This document shows, piece by piece, positions 49,916-59,957 of a stretch of 59,957 nucleotides of DNA. Location: positions 1 through 59,957 of the forward strand of contig JABMNV010000106.1 of NCBI GenBank assembly GCA_013203475.1, read 5' to 3'. Position numbers and translations under genes: made by a program. The notes under the pieces are model-generated. The model saw only the letters and a list, made by a program, of their open reading frames with translations, had not been told where the DNA came from and did no database searches. The stretch's first letter is position 1. Every line of letters begins with the position of its first letter. The stretch is from Acidobacteriota bacterium. Its GTDB lineage: Bacteria > Acidobacteriota > Vicinamibacteria > Vicinamibacterales > SCN-69-37.

Positions 49916-50023
49916 TTCACGTCTTCACGCCTCGTGTGCTCACCAGTGCAGAGAAGGCATGGAGCCATCAAGCACCAGGACCTTTCAGAAACGGCCTCTT
50001 CACGCCTTCACGCCTCGTGTGCT
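49916..50023. repeat. 25-bp direct repeat pair
   Basis: ttcacgtcttcacgcctcgtgtgct (49916-49940) and ttcacgccttcacgcctcgtgtgct (49999-50023). Confidence 0.75.
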
Positions 50024-50036
50024 TTTGCTTTTGCAA

Positions 50037-50292
50037 CGAGTGGCCTGTACCAGTCAGAAGTACAGTGCCTTTGCGACGGGGCATCCCGCCTGGCGGCGTT
50101 GCTCCTCGCGCAAATACGGCCAGTATTCTTACTCGTCGCGCCTAACCGGGCGGGCGATACAGGCCACTCGTGAGCCGAGTCAGAAGTTCTCCGCGATATT
50201 CAGGCGCGCGGCACCATACGGGGAAAGGCACGACGAATGAAAATACTGCCGGTATTTGAGCGAGGAGCGACGACACCCTTTTGGATGTCCCG
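50037..50292. repeat. Nested palindromic (REP-like) repeat cluster
   Basis: 13-bp perfect IR cgagtggcctgta/tacaggccactcg (50037-50049, 50158-50170). Two inverted ~75-bp units share gctcctcgc.caaatac...cagtatt....tcgtcg. Confidence 0.7.
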
Positions 50293-50360
50293 CCAGGAAG
50301 GATGAGTTTTACAGCCTCCGTGCCGTCATAAACACGAAAACAACGCGATAAGTCCTTATT

Positions 50361-51026
50361 TTAGAACAACTTAGCGTTCTTGTCTAATATCCACAACTGG
50401 CTTCCTAACGCAGAAACAAGGGGTTCTTTGTGTCCGGAAGTGAACGATGCACTAAAATCCAGTTTCGCCGACGCTTCTGCGCCAAACCAGAATAGGCGGC
50501 CGCCTGGGCGAAGAAACGCCTGAATACTGCTCATCAACCGCCGGTCGGGACGCACAGCTCGTGCCGTCACCACATCAGCCGCTTCGTGCAATTCGCTGCG
50601 CGACAGAAGTTCTTCCAGTCGGCAGTTCTCAACCGTCGCGTGTGGCATCGCCAGTTGCCTGATCACTTCCTGGAGGAACGCGCACTTCCTAACCTTGACC
50701 TCCACCATGACCAACCGGACCGGCCTCTGGTTTTCGGCCATCAGCGCGAATGGGATAGCCGGTGACCCGCCACCACTTCCGACATCAATGACTAACTTGT
50801 CATCATGGCCCAGTCGACGCGCTGCCATAACAGGCTCCACAATCAGCCGATCGACGGCATCATCTGACAGTGGGTCGACAGAAAGAGCTGTCAGGTTCAT
50901 CTTCTTGTTCCACCGCGCGAGCAACTCGACGTAGGCGGCAAGGCTGGAGACCTGCTCCTGCGACGCAACGCCTCCAGCGCGCGTGATTCGCCTATTCACC
51001 CGCGCCACGGTATCCCGCTCAGCCAC
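50361..51026 (-). CDS. rsmG: 16S rRNA m7G527 methyltransferase
   Basis: [21 protein letters not shown] and VTARAV motifs; follows mnmG. Confidence 0.9.
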   Translation of the reverse strand: MAERDTVARVNRRITRAGGVASQEQVSSLAAYVELLARWNKKMNLTALSVDPLSDDAVDRLIVEPVMAARRLGHDDKLVIDVGSGGGSPAIPFALMAENQRPVRLVMVEVKVRKCAFLQEVIRQLAMPHATVENCRLEELLSRSELHEAADVVTARAVRPDRRLMSSIQAFLRPGGRLFWFGAEASAKLDFSASFTSGHKEPLVSALGSQLWILDKNAKLF

Positions 51027-52854
51027 GGCGTCCTCCGCGCGCCACCCGCGAGGCCACAATGGCCACAGCGGCGGGTGTGACACCAGGAATGCGCGACACC
51101 TGGCCAATAGTGGTCGGGCGGACTGTCGAGAGCCGTTCCACCATCTCTCTCGAGAGGCCAGGGATTCCTTCGTAGTCGAGACCGTCGGGAATACGGCGAT
51201 CGTGCTGACCCTCCACCCGTACGCGCTGCGCGTCATCTCGCTTGAGGTAGCCGCGGTACTTGCACTCGGCCTCGACCGTCGCCGCATCAATTTCACGTAC
51301 ACCGCCGGTCTCAAACCCGTAGCCAGCCGCGACCACGGCCGCCATCCGAACAAGAGGACGCCCCAACGCCTCAGCGGCCGTGCTCGTGATGCCGTCGACC
51401 ACCACGCGAGTCGCCTCTGCGCTCGTGCGGTTCCGCTCCAACCGCGCCATGCGCGCCGAGAACCGTGCCCACTGCTCGTCACTGACGAGTCCAAGGTCAC
51501 GACCAACACCGCACAGCCTCACGTCGGCGTTGTCGATCCGCAGCCTCAGCCGATGCTCGGCCCGCGACGTAAACATTCGGTACGGCTCGAGGCACCCACG
51601 TGTAACGAGGTCATCGATCAGAATGCCAATGTACGCCTCGTCGCGTCGCAACACCACGGCGCCGGCCCGGCAAGCCGAACAGGCCGCATTGATCCCGGCC
51701 ATCACTCCTTGGGCCGCCGCCTCTTCGTACCCCGACGTGCCATTAATCTGCCCGGCAAAGAACAGGCCTGGCACTCGCTTCGCCTCAAGCGACCCGTGAA
51801 GTTCTGTCGGTTGAATGAAGTCGTATTCCACGGCGTACGCATGGCGCAGCACGACCGCGTCCTCAAGTCCGGGCATCGCGTGCACAATGGCGTCCTGGAT
51901 CTCAGGAGGCAGGCTCATCGACATACCATTGACGTAGATCTCATCCACGTCCAAGCCTTCCCGCTCAAGAAAAATTTGGTGTCGCTCCTTGTCCGGGAAG
52001 CGCATAACCTTGTCCTCAAGCGAGGGACAATACCTCGGGCCCACGCCTGAAATCTGTCCGTTGTACAGAGGCGACCGACCGATATGCTCGCGGACCAACT
52101 GATGCACCTCGTCCGTGGTGTGGACGATATGGCAGGACATTTGAGGACGGTCGATTCGCTCGGTTGAGAACGAAAACGGCACAATGGACTCGTCGCCCAA
52201 GTCCTCCTTGAACCGACTGAAATCAATGCTCTTGCGATCAAGCCGCGGGGGAGTTCCTGTTTTGAGCCGCCCCATCTCAAAACCAAATCCGCGCAGCGAC
52301 TCTGCCAGATGGTGCGTGGGTGGCTCCCCAGCCCGCCCCGCCGGACGCTGGGAATCACCGATGTGCACGAGCCCATTCAAAAACGTCCCGGTCGTCACCA
52401 CCAGTGCGCGACACGAGACGTGCTCGCCATCCTCGAACTCCAGTCCCGTCACTGTGCCCTGATCGACCAGAACACGACCGGCCCGACGAAACAGCCAACT
52501 GATGTTCTTGTGCGTGGCCAACGCGTTCTTCACCCAGGCGCCGTACTGCCTCTTGTCCGCCTGTGCGCGTGGCGACCAGACCGCGGGACCACGACTGCGA
52601 TTGAGCAACTTGAACTGCAACCCAGTCGCGTCGATCGCACGGCCCATCAAGCCGCCTAACGCATCAATCTCTCGAACGAGATGTCCCTTTGCCGTGCCGC
52701 CAATTGCCGGATTACACGGCATCAGCGCGACCGTCTCTTCCGAGAGCGTACATAACCCAACCCGGCACCCCATCTGCGCGGCGGCCCAGGCCGCCTCCAC
52801 CCCCGCGTGTCCGGCACCAATCACCACTACGTCGTAGTCGTGGGACGTCTTCAT
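51019..52854 (-). CDS. mnmG: tRNA U34 carboxymethylaminomethyl modification enzyme GidA
   Basis: [31 protein letters not shown] and [12 protein letters not shown] motifs. Confidence 0.97.
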   Translation of the reverse strand: MKTSHDYDVVVIGAGHAGVEAAWAAAQMGCRVGLCTLSEETVALMPCNPAIGGTAKGHLVREIDALGGLMGRAIDATGLQFKLLNRSRGPAVWSPRAQADKRQYGAWVKNALATHKNISWLFRRAGRVLVDQGTVTGLEFEDGEHVSCRALVVTTGTFLNGLVHIGDSQRPAGRAGEPPTHHLAESLRGFGFEMGRLKTGTPPRLDRKSIDFSRFKEDLGDESIVPFSFSTERIDRPQMSCHIVHTTDEVHQLVREHIGRSPLYNGQISGVGPRYCPSLEDKVMRFPDKERHQIFLEREGLDVDEIYVNGMSMSLPPEIQDAIVHAMPGLEDAVVLRHAYAVEYDFIQPTELHGSLEAKRVPGLFFAGQINGTSGYEEAAAQGVMAGINAACSACRAGAVVLRRDEAYIGILIDDLVTRGCLEPYRMFTSRAEHRLRLRIDNADVRLCGVGRDLGLVSDEQWARFSARMARLERNRTSAEATRVVVDGITSTAAEALGRPLVRMAAVVAAGYGFETGGVREIDAATVEAECKYRGYLKRDDAQRVRVEGQHDRRIPDGLDYEGIPGLSREMVERLSTVRPTTIGQVSRIPGVTPAAVAIVASRVARGGRRG

Positions 52855-54245
52855 TTGCCGATACAGAACCGGCTGAAAATGTGTTCGAGCAGTTCGTCTG
52901 CTGTGCGTCGACCGGTCACCGCCTCGAGCGCGTCCCGAGCCTCGCCCAACTCGGCAAGCACCAATTCTTCGGTGCCCCCTTCGCCCAGGTTCTTCCGCGC
53001 GCGTTCCACTGCGACTAACGCGCGCTCCAGTTGCTGCACATGCCGTTGATTAGAGACCATCGGTGTGTCTCGCTCGACTTGACCTCCCGCCATCGCCGCG
53101 ACCACAGTGGCTCGCAACGCCTCAAGTCCGGCACCAGTCACGGCTGATACCAACTGCGGCACCTCTCCCGGGCGACTCCCGGACCACTCTAGTGGTGCGT
53201 CTGACAAGTCGCTCTTGTTTCCCACGACCAATCGAGGGCCACTCACGGCCTCCAATAAACGCCGGTCGTCCTCGCCCAGGGGTTGGCTCGCGTCAAACAC
53301 CAACAACGTCAGAGCCGCCACGGCGCGCGCTTGAACGGCGCGCCGAACACCTTCTTCCTCGATCGCGTCCACCGACTCACGCAACCCGGCAGTGTCAACC
53401 AGCGTCACTGGAACTCCAAGAATGTCCACGTGTTCTGTCAGCACATCTCGAGTGGTCCCAGCCATGGGGGTGACGATGGCTCTCGACGCTCCAACAAGAG
53501 CGTTGAACAGACTCGATTTACCAACATTGGGACGGCCGGCAATCACGACCATTCGGCCCTCTCGAATCACCCGGCCTCGACGACCATCTGACACCAACCT
53601 TGAGAGTGCCGACTCCAAGAGGTCGAGATCAGCTGTCACCTCACGGCGTGTGATGAAGTGAAACCCTTCATCGGGAAAATCAAGTGACGCCTCAAGCTTG
53701 GCAGCCAGGCTGAACAACTGTTCCTCAATCTCACGGACCGCCGTCGTCAGAGTCCCTTCGAGTTGGTCCATGGCGACGCGCGCTTGAAGGGGAGTGACCG
53801 CGTGAATCAAATCGGCCACGGCTTCGGCTTGAACAAGATCAAGGCGTTCGTTCAAATAGGCGCGCAGCGTGAACTCGCCTGGTTGCGCCAACCGCGCTCC
53901 CTCCAGGCACGCCAGGTCTACAATTCGCTGCAAGAGCCAGGGACTGCCGTGTCCGGAGATTTCGACCACGTCTTCGCCCGTGTATGAGTGAGGCGCAGCG
54001 AACCAGGTCACCACCACTTGATCCACTGATTGGTCTGCTGTCGTCTGGTCCACCAGCGCGCTGGTGTTCGAGTGGACCACGGCCAGTGTCGCGTGGCGGG
54101 CTTCGAATCGCGCCGGGCGGTGGGTTAGTCGTTGGGTGATGGCTGTCGCGTCAGGGCCTGACAATCGCACAACGCCCAGTCCACCTCGGCCCGGTGGGGT
54201 GGCGACTGCCACGATGGTGTCCGCGGTGGAAAAGGCGACGTCCAC
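52851..54245 (-). CDS. mnmE: tRNA modification GTPase TrmE
   Basis: [18 protein letters not shown] and NKSD motifs; C-terminal FCIGK. Confidence 0.97.
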   Translation of the reverse strand: MDVAFSTADTIVAVATPPGRGGLGVVRLSGPDATAITQRLTHRPARFEARHATLAVVHSNTSALVDQTTADQSVDQVVVTWFAAPHSYTGEDVVEISGHGSPWLLQRIVDLACLEGARLAQPGEFTLRAYLNERLDLVQAEAVADLIHAVTPLQARVAMDQLEGTLTTAVREIEEQLFSLAAKLEASLDFPDEGFHFITRREVTADLDLLESALSRLVSDGRRGRVIREGRMVVIAGRPNVGKSSLFNALVGASRAIVTPMAGTTRDVLTEHVDILGVPVTLVDTAGLRESVDAIEEEGVRRAVQARAVAALTLLVFDASQPLGEDDRRLLEAVSGPRLVVGNKSDLSDAPLEWSGSRPGEVPQLVSAVTGAGLEALRATVVAAMAGGQVERDTPMVSNQRHVQQLERALVAVERARKNLGEGGTEELVLAELGEARDALEAVTGRRTADELLEHIFSRFCIGK

Positions 54246-54260
54246 GGCGGTCTCTCTCCT

Positions 54261-54722
54261 CTACGTCTGGGCGGACACGGAAATGACGACCGTTTTCAGA
54301 AAATCTTCACCCACACTCACGGTGCCCATTCCAGGTTCGTCGGCGACCGTCAGGTGCACAAGGCGACGCTCGTAGGGATTAAGGGGGCCCATCTCCTGGG
54401 CTATTCCTGAGTCGCGCGCTTTCTCCATCAGGCTTTGCGCCATCTGCCGCAACTCGTCATCCTTCGCCTTGCGAAACCCCTGGACGTCAACGATGTAGTG
54501 ACGGTCACCACGCTCTTCACGACGAAAGGCGGTATTGACGATCACCTGTAGTGCGTCGATCGTTTCACCCTGCCTCCGGAGCAATGTGTCTGCGCCTTCT
54601 CCGGTGATATTCACCCGAGCCGCGTCAGGGGTCTCATCAAGCGCCACGTCGAGCGACAGGCCCATCGCGCCAAGGACGTCAGTCAGAAAATCAAGTACTC
54701 GTGCATCAAGTTCTGGGTTCAT
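54261..54722 (-). CDS. jag: Jag/KhpB RNA-binding protein (KH + R3H), lacking Jag_N
   Basis: GETIDALQ and NPYERRLVH motifs; synteny. Confidence 0.85.
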   Translation of the reverse strand: MNPELDARVLDFLTDVLGAMGLSLDVALDETPDAARVNITGEGADTLLRRQGETIDALQVIVNTAFRREERGDRHYIVDVQGFRKAKDDELRQMAQSLMEKARDSGIAQEMGPLNPYERRLVHLTVADEPGMGTVSVGEDFLKTVVISVSAQT

Positions 54723-54735
54723 CTCGTGTCCTCTG

Positions 54736-56508
54736 CTACTTTCCCTGTGCCTTTGGTGTTGCGGCCCGGCCGGCCTGTTTTGCCCGGCGTTCGGCGCTTG
54801 TGCCGCCCAGGGCCTCAGGCCCCGTTGAGCCTGGCTTGCTCGGCGATCCGATCATGCGGTTGGTCATGAACTGCTGCCCCACCGTCATGATGTTGCTCAT
54901 CAGCCAGTAAATCACAAGCCCAGCGGGCGCCCACAGGAACATGACCATGAAGATCAGGGGCATGAACATGAAGATCTTCTGTTGTGCGGGGTCCGCCGTA
55001 GAAGGCGTCATTTTTTGCTGCACAAACATCGTCACTCCCATCAACACCGGTGTGATGTAGAGCGGGTCCATCTGGGAGAGGTCAGTAATCCAACCAAAGA
55101 ACGGTGCGCCGCGCAGTTCGATGGCGACAGACAACATGGCGTAAAACGCAAACAACACCGGCATCGTCAGCAACATGGGCACACAACCACTGGCTGGGTT
55201 GACGCCCCGTTGTTTATAGAGCGCCATCATCTCGGTGTTCATTTTCTGGCGATCAGGATCAGTGATCTTCAGCTTTTCGTAGCGCTTCTGAATCGCCTTC
55301 ACCTCAGGCTGAATCTCCTGCATCTTGCGCATCGACACCATGCTGCGATGCCGCAGTGGAAACATGATCGCGTTCAGGATGATTGTCAGGAGCACGATCG
55401 ACCACCCGAAGTTGCCGACGTAGGTATTGATCCACTTGAGCGACTGCAGAAGGGGGACCACCAGCCACGCGAAGATCCCAAAGTCAATGGCGCGCACCAG
55501 TTGGGTGTCGACAGCCTTCAACACATCGAAGTCTTTCGGTCCGACGAAGAAGGGCATGTTCATCGCGCCAGGCGTCGACACGCTGTAGGAGACAAACGAA
55601 CGTTCTGTCACGCCCGTCTCGGTCGCATCTGGTTCGGGCGTCGGCAACGTGACGGGCTGGAACTCCATGCGCACACTGCGAGTGCCAGGTATCGCCGCTG
55701 ACAGGAAGTACTGATCTCCAACCCCGGCGAAACGCATAACGCCTTCATACGCCGGTTGCTCGAGTAATGAACTCGCACTGGGGCGCTCGACGCTGCCGTC
55801 CTTGTGAAACACAGCAGCCGACGGGTACGCGGCCGTCATCCGGCCACCCGTCGAATAGCCGATACCTACGGCGGGGCCAAACTTGAGGGTCACCGGCCGC
55901 GCCACGCCTTGCACGTCTACCGAGGCGTCAACCGTCATCATGTAGGGCATGCCGTCAGGCTGAAAATGGAAACTTTTCCGTGCCGTCAGGCCTGTCTCGT
56001 CCTGATACTCAAAGCTCAATGTCCCCGGCGCAGCTCCCAGAGACAAAGGGCCCAGCGAGCTTGGCTTGAACTTGGCCACCGACAACACGGCTGACACGGC
56101 GTCCTGGTCAGTCGCCAGGGTAAAAGGGTGTGGATAGTTGGCTGGCAGTTGCGGCGGGATCAAATCGAGCGGCTCGCCATTGGTATCGAAGTATTTCTTC
56201 AACCGCCAACTTTTGATCGTTGCGCCCTCTGTTGAAAATACGGCGTAGACCGTGTCGGTGTTCACGATGATGTCGCGAGCCTCGGTGTCGCCGACAAGGG
56301 TCGCAGGCATCTCGATTGGAGCCGGTGTGATCGCGGCCACCTCTGGTGCCGCTGGCGTCGCAGCGCCTTGCGTCAGCGCCGCAGGCGCCCCTGCAGGCCC
56401 GGTGGGCGCAGCGGCCGGCGGGGCCACTTGCGGAGGCACGATATAGTTCTGGTAGACCGCGAGAATGCCGAACGACAAAACAATTGCGAGGAAGACGCGC
56501 TTTTCCAT
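54736..56508 (-). CDS. yidC: Membrane protein insertase
   Basis: MEKRVFLA, IDFG, NFGWSI, NPASGCVPM and PAGLVIYW motifs. Confidence 0.96.
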   Translation of the reverse strand: MEKRVFLAIVLSFGILAVYQNYIVPPQVAPPAAAPTGPAGAPAALTQGAATPAAPEVAAITPAPIEMPATLVGDTEARDIIVNTDTVYAVFSTEGATIKSWRLKKYFDTNGEPLDLIPPQLPANYPHPFTLATDQDAVSAVLSVAKFKPSSLGPLSLGAAPGTLSFEYQDETGLTARKSFHFQPDGMPYMMTVDASVDVQGVARPVTLKFGPAVGIGYSTGGRMTAAYPSAAVFHKDGSVERPSASSLLEQPAYEGVMRFAGVGDQYFLSAAIPGTRSVRMEFQPVTLPTPEPDATETGVTERSFVSYSVSTPGAMNMPFFVGPKDFDVLKAVDTQLVRAIDFGIFAWLVVPLLQSLKWINTYVGNFGWSIVLLTIILNAIMFPLRHRSMVSMRKMQEIQPEVKAIQKRYEKLKITDPDRQKMNTEMMALYKQRGVNPASGCVPMLLTMPVLFAFYAMLSVAIELRGAPFFGWITDLSQMDPLYITPVLMGVTMFVQQKMTPSTADPAQQKIFMFMPLIFMVMFLWAPAGLVIYWLMSNIMTVGQQFMTNRMIGSPSKPGSTGPEALGGTSAERRAKQAGRAATPKAQGK

Positions 56509-56524
56509 GTGAGGTAACGAAAGA

Positions 56525-56809
56525 TCAGGACCGTGTCGAGCGTGAATTGCCGGGCACAGGATCAATCCCGTGGGGCCCGAACGGATGACATTTGAGAACG
56601 CGGCGCAGGGAGAGCCACCCCCCGCGCAAGAGACCATGTTGCTCCAGGGCGGAGACCGCATAATGAGAGCACGAGGGCTCAAATCGGCACGCGCCGCCAG
56701 CGAACGGAGAGAGTAGCAATTGATAGGTGTGAACAACGGTCACGCCGACACGCACTCCCAATCGTCGGGACCATGTGTTGGCGCGGACCGGCATCGCGTG
56801 TGACCTCAC
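56525..56809 (-). CDS. yidD: Membrane protein insertion efficiency factor
   Basis: YQLLLSP, CRFEPSCSHY and RVLKCHPF motifs; start uncertain (GTG 56809 or ATG 56794). Confidence 0.9.
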   Translation of the reverse strand: MRSHAMPVRANTWSRRLGVRVGVTVVHTYQLLLSPFAGGACRFEPSCSHYAVSALEQHGLLRGGWLSLRRVLKCHPFGPHGIDPVPGNSRSTRS

Positions 56810-57168
56810 GCCTGGCCTCTGATTCTTGTGAGAGCCGTACAAAAATCCTCGTCCACCGCCGCGAATGGCGCCCCTAGCATTGCGCGGCGGGGAATGGCTA
56901 CCAAATCAAGTCCTTTGAGTCCACGCTCACCCACGGTATCGGGTTCCGAGTGACGGAAGATTTCGCGTAGGCGCCGTTTGGCGCGATTTCTGGCCACGGC
57001 GTTGCCAAATTTCCGGGACGCGATAAGTCCCAGACGATCATGGCCGTGTTCGTTGACCAACCCCAGCAAGGTGACGTACTTCGTGGCCACGCGGTGACCA
57101 CGTTCCTGAACCGGCAGAAACTCTGGCCGGGACTTCAGTCGAACCGATGGACGAAAACGCTGTGACAT
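56806..57168 (-). CDS. rnpA: Ribonuclease P protein component
   Basis: RLGLIASRKFGNAVARNRAKRRLRE (RNR motif). Confidence 0.95.
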   Translation of the reverse strand: MSQRFRPSVRLKSRPEFLPVQERGHRVATKYVTLLGLVNEHGHDRLGLIASRKFGNAVARNRAKRRLREIFRHSEPDTVGERGLKGLDLVAIPRRAMLGAPFAAVDEDFCTALTRIRGQA

Positions 57169-57213
57169 GGGAGCGCCGCGGCGTCTTTCTCGACGCCGGG
57201 AGCTGGCTACCAG

Positions 57214-57357
57214 CTAGCGGGTGGAAACCGTCAGGCGTTTACGCCCTTTGGCGCGGCGACGCTTCAGTACAAGACGGCCGTTTTTGGTGCGCATCCGCAC
57301 GATGAAGCCGTGCGTGCGACGACGGCGGCGAACATTAGGTTGAAAAGTACGCTTCAT
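57214..57357 (-). CDS. rpmH: 50S ribosomal protein L34 (47 aa; below the ORF-track cutoff)
   Basis: [47 protein letters not shown]. Confidence 0.98.
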   Translation of the reverse strand: MKRTFQPNVRRRRRTHGFIVRMRTKNGRLVLKRRRAKGRKRLTVSTR

Positions 57358-57476
57358 CAGACTCCCTCTCGGAGCGTCCTTCCTCCACTCTGGAGAAACA
57401 CTGATGCTACTGGAGGCGGGAAAAGCCTGTCAACGTACGATGTCTGAAGCGTATGCTTAAAGTCGTTCGCTTCGGG

Positions 57477-57508
57477 TTTTCCACAGGTGTGGAAAAAACT
57501 GTGGAAAA
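57477..57508. promoter_or_regulatory. Cluster of three DnaA boxes upstream of dnaA
   Basis: TTTTCCACA 57477-57485; TGTGGAAAA 57488-57496 and 57500-57508. Confidence 0.85.
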
Positions 57509-57719
57509 CAAGGGGTTTTCGCAGTCTTAGGCCAAAAAATGCAGTCTTTTCAAGTGGTTCCGTGAGGCGAAAGTGTGAAAATACTTACTGAGTAAGGGTT
57601 TTGGTGGGCCATATTCTCGAAACGCTTGCTGCAAAGGTGTTTCATAAGGGCGAAAGCTCAGAAACGCCCGTGTAACAAGGGTCCATGGATCCTCTTTGGA
57701 TTGTCGCGGCAAGGCAGAA

Positions 57720-59111
57720 ATGACGAACACTGTTTGGGATGCTGTTCTCGGGCGTATCGAGACCAAAGTTAACCGTTTCAGCTACTTCAGCTGGTTCCAC
57801 ACCACCCGGCTTCTCAGGGATGGCGGCACGCTTCTGGTTATCCAGGTGCCTAACCCGATGGCGGCTGAGTGGCTGACTACGCATTATCCAGCCCTGATAG
57901 AGGAAGCTCTGGCAGAAATAGGCCGGCCTGGTGTGCAGGTGGCATATGAACCTGCCGAGCCAGGTGACTCCAAGGCGGCCCTGCCGACGCCGTTCACCCC
58001 AGGAGAGTCGTCGCTCGAGGCCGAAAACGCGGAAACGGCAGGTAATGCGAAAAGCCTCGCTCTGGTAGAGGGGGATTCCGAGGGAGGAAAGAGCGCCTTT
58101 GGTCTGAGTCCGCGCTATACGTTCGACACTTTTATCGTGGGCGGATCAAACCAGTTTGCGGATGCTGCGTGCAGGGCCGTGGCTGAAGCCCCTTCTCGCT
58201 CCTACAATCCTCTGTTTATCTACGGAGGAGTGGGCCTTGGAAAGACACACCTGATGCATGCCATCGGGGACTACGTTCTTCAGCATCATCCTGGACTCAA
58301 ACTGACGTACGTTTCGTCGGAGCGGTTCATGAACGAGGTCATTAACGCGCTGCGTTATGACCGAATCCTTGAATTTCGCGAAAAATATCGCAGCGTGGAT
58401 GTTCTGCTTATTGACGATATTCAGTTTATTGCTGGCAAAGAGCGCACGCAGATGGAGTTCTTCCATACGTTTAACGCGCTGTATGACTCCCAAAAACAGA
58501 TTGTTCTCAGCAGTGACTGTCCTCCTCATCAGATTGCCCAACTGGAAGAACGGTTGCGCTCGCGATTTGAGTGGGGGTTGACGGCTGATATCCAGGCCCC
58601 TGACCTGGAGACCAAAATCGCCATCCTTACCCGCAAGGCTGATAGCGAAGGGGTCTCACTGCCCGACGATGTGGCGTTGTATATCGGTGGACGGATTAAA
58701 TCGAACATCCGTGAACTGGAAGGCGCATTGATCCGGCTATTGGCCTACGCCTCGCTCACCGGGCGCGATCTTTCCATGAGTCTGGCGCAAGAGGTGCTCC
58801 GTGACATTCTTCGCCAAGACGAACGGGCGATCACCATTGAGGGCATCCAGAAGTTCGTCGCCGATTACTACCAAATGAAAATAATCGAGCTCAAATCAAG
58901 GAACAACTCGAAATCCGTGGCTCTGCCTCGGCAGGTGGCGATGTATCTTTGCAAGAAACTCACAAAAGCTTCCCTTCCAGAAATTGGGAAAAGCTTTGGC
59001 GGCAAACACCACTCCACTGTTATTCACTCCATCCGAAAAGTCGAAGACCTGCGGGGTAAGGATGAGGTTTTCAACAACCAAATCAACACCCTTCTCCAGT
59101 CACTGCAGTAG
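57720..59111 (+). CDS. dnaA: Chromosomal replication initiator
   Basis: YTFDTF, GGVGLGKTHL, DDIQF, RELEGAL and HSTVIH motifs. Confidence 0.98.
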   Translation: MTNTVWDAVLGRIETKVNRFSYFSWFHTTRLLRDGGTLLVIQVPNPMAAEWLTTHYPALIEEALAEIGRPGVQVAYEPAEPGDSKAALPTPFTPGESSLEAENAETAGNAKSLALVEGDSEGGKSAFGLSPRYTFDTFIVGGSNQFADAACRAVAEAPSRSYNPLFIYGGVGLGKTHLMHAIGDYVLQHHPGLKLTYVSSERFMNEVINALRYDRILEFREKYRSVDVLLIDDIQFIAGKERTQMEFFHTFNALYDSQKQIVLSSDCPPHQIAQLEERLRSRFEWGLTADIQAPDLETKIAILTRKADSEGVSLPDDVALYIGGRIKSNIRELEGALIRLLAYASLTGRDLSMSLAQEVLRDILRQDERAITIEGIQKFVADYYQMKIIELKSRNNSKSVALPRQVAMYLCKKLTKASLPEIGKSFGGKHHSTVIHSIRKVEDLRGKDEVFNNQINTLLQSLQ

Positions 59112-59340
59112 GTTTTTCCACAACCTCCCCCTGTGCGGCACTGTGGACATCCTGTGTAAAAATAACAAACCCTTTTTTTCAGCAGAACACGTCCAGGATC
59201 TGCACGCCGTTACCCGCAGAAACATGCACAGCTTAACCTGTTGATAATTAGGGGGTAATCGTCAAAATTTGGATTACCAACAGGCCCTTATTACTGTTAT
59301 AATTATCTGTCTTTTTGATCTTCCTAAGGTAAGTTCGATC
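59112..59340. other. oriC (dnaA-dnaN intergenic): DnaA boxes, DnaA-trios, AT-rich unwinding element
   Basis: TTTTCCACA 59114, TGTGTAAAA 59153, TGTTGATAA 59239; TTACCAACA 59274 followed by GGCCC and TTA TTA CTG TTA TAA TTA. Confidence 0.8.
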
Positions 59341-59381
59341 GTTCCCATTTTGGAGCGTTCGAGAAAGAGGTCGCCCCGCTC

Positions 59382-59957
59382 ATGGAGCTAGTGGTTCGCA
59401 AGAACGATCTGCTGAAAGAACTTTCCCTCCTGCAAGGCATCGTTGAACGCAAGAACACGATTCCGATCTTGGCGAATGTCTTGATCGAAGCTGCTGATGG
59501 CGTCGTGTCGCTATTAGCCACGGATCTTGACGTCGCGCTGCGCACCCGCTGTGAGGCAACGGTTTCGAAACCTGGCACGTTGACCCTGCCGGCCAAGAAA
59601 CTCTTCGAAATTGTGAACGCCTTGCCTGATACCGACATTCGCATTGAAGCGGACAAGGGTGGAAAAAGCGTCACGGTCGCCGCAGACCGCTTCGAGTCAA
59701 AGCTGCAGACTTTGCCCGCCAGCGAGTTTCCGACGCCTCCACAGGAGTCTGAGGGCGTCCAGGCGTCCATTCCTGGCGGGGCACTGAAGCGGATGATCTC
59801 TCACACCCGGTTCGCAATAACCAGCGAAGACACCCGGTATTTCCTGAATGGCGCCCAACTGGTTTTGCGGCCCGAGTCACTCAGTATGGTGGCGACCGAC
59901 GGCCACCGCCTCGCACTGGTGACCGTCAACGAGCCCTCAGGTGCCACAGAGCCAGCC
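59382..59957 (+). CDS. dnaN: DNA polymerase III beta clamp (truncated by the window end)
   Basis: MELVVRKNDLLKEL...ERKNTIPILANVL, ATDLD, EDTRYFLNG and VATDGHRLA motifs. Confidence 0.96.
   Translation, partial: MELVVRKNDLLKELSLLQGIVERKNTIPILANVLIEAADGVVSLLATDLDVALRTRCEATVSKPGTLTLPAKKLFEIVNALPDTDIRIEADKGGKSVTVAADRFESKLQTLPASEFPTPPQESEGVQASIPGGALKRMISHTRFAITSEDTRYFLNGAQLVLRPESLSMVATDGHRLALVTVNEPSGATEPA

Noticed and set aside
49657-50240. ORFs of 162, 121 and 79 aa in the parS spacer
   Set aside because: No recognisable motifs; they run through parS and the repeats.
50983-52050. Long antisense ORFs (also 9872-10912, 21492-22343, 42603-43328, 45330-46103)
   Set aside because: Typical high-GC shadows of conserved genes on the opposite strand.
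57179-57198. Hairpin between rpmH and rnpA as an intrinsic terminator
   Set aside because: The 7-bp stem is real but has no U-tract on the minus strand; at most a processing or translational element.

Overview
High-GC bacterial chromosome segment spanning the replication origin region. Gene style and content suggest Acidobacteriota, probably Vicinamibacteria; this is an inference, not a database result. The right third is the conserved origin block: dnaN (partial), oriC, dnaA, rpmH, rnpA, yidD, yidC, jag, mnmE, mnmG, rsmG, parS, parA, parB. It is followed by selD, atpHAGDC, a PP2C phosphatase, wzm/wzt, an inserted DUF2075 nuclease-helicase, a HldE-type adenylyltransferase, mfd, a SurA-like PPIase, a UpxY/NusG paralog and dusB. 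The left half holds metabolic genes (several PLP enzymes, SDR, GT2 plus GT-C pair, M1 peptidase, orphan nuoG, serA, yhaM) and three decayed genes. Most notable: (1) a PCYCGC-family lipoprotein with an in-frame UGA in a UxxC motif and a SECIS-like hairpin, i.e. a probable selenoprotein, directly upstream of a hybrid kinase. (2) An adjacent self-contained regulatory cassette: an NtrC-type activator, tandem palindromic enhancer sites, an IHF site and a sigma54 promoter driving a FliA/WhiG-type sigma. A sigma28-type promoter then precedes a BldC-like HTH gene and a DHp-only micro-protein gene, with no flagellar genes in the window. (3) An unannotated ~100-nt structured RNA candidate behind a sigma54-like promoter. 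No CRISPR array, tRNA or rRNA was seen.
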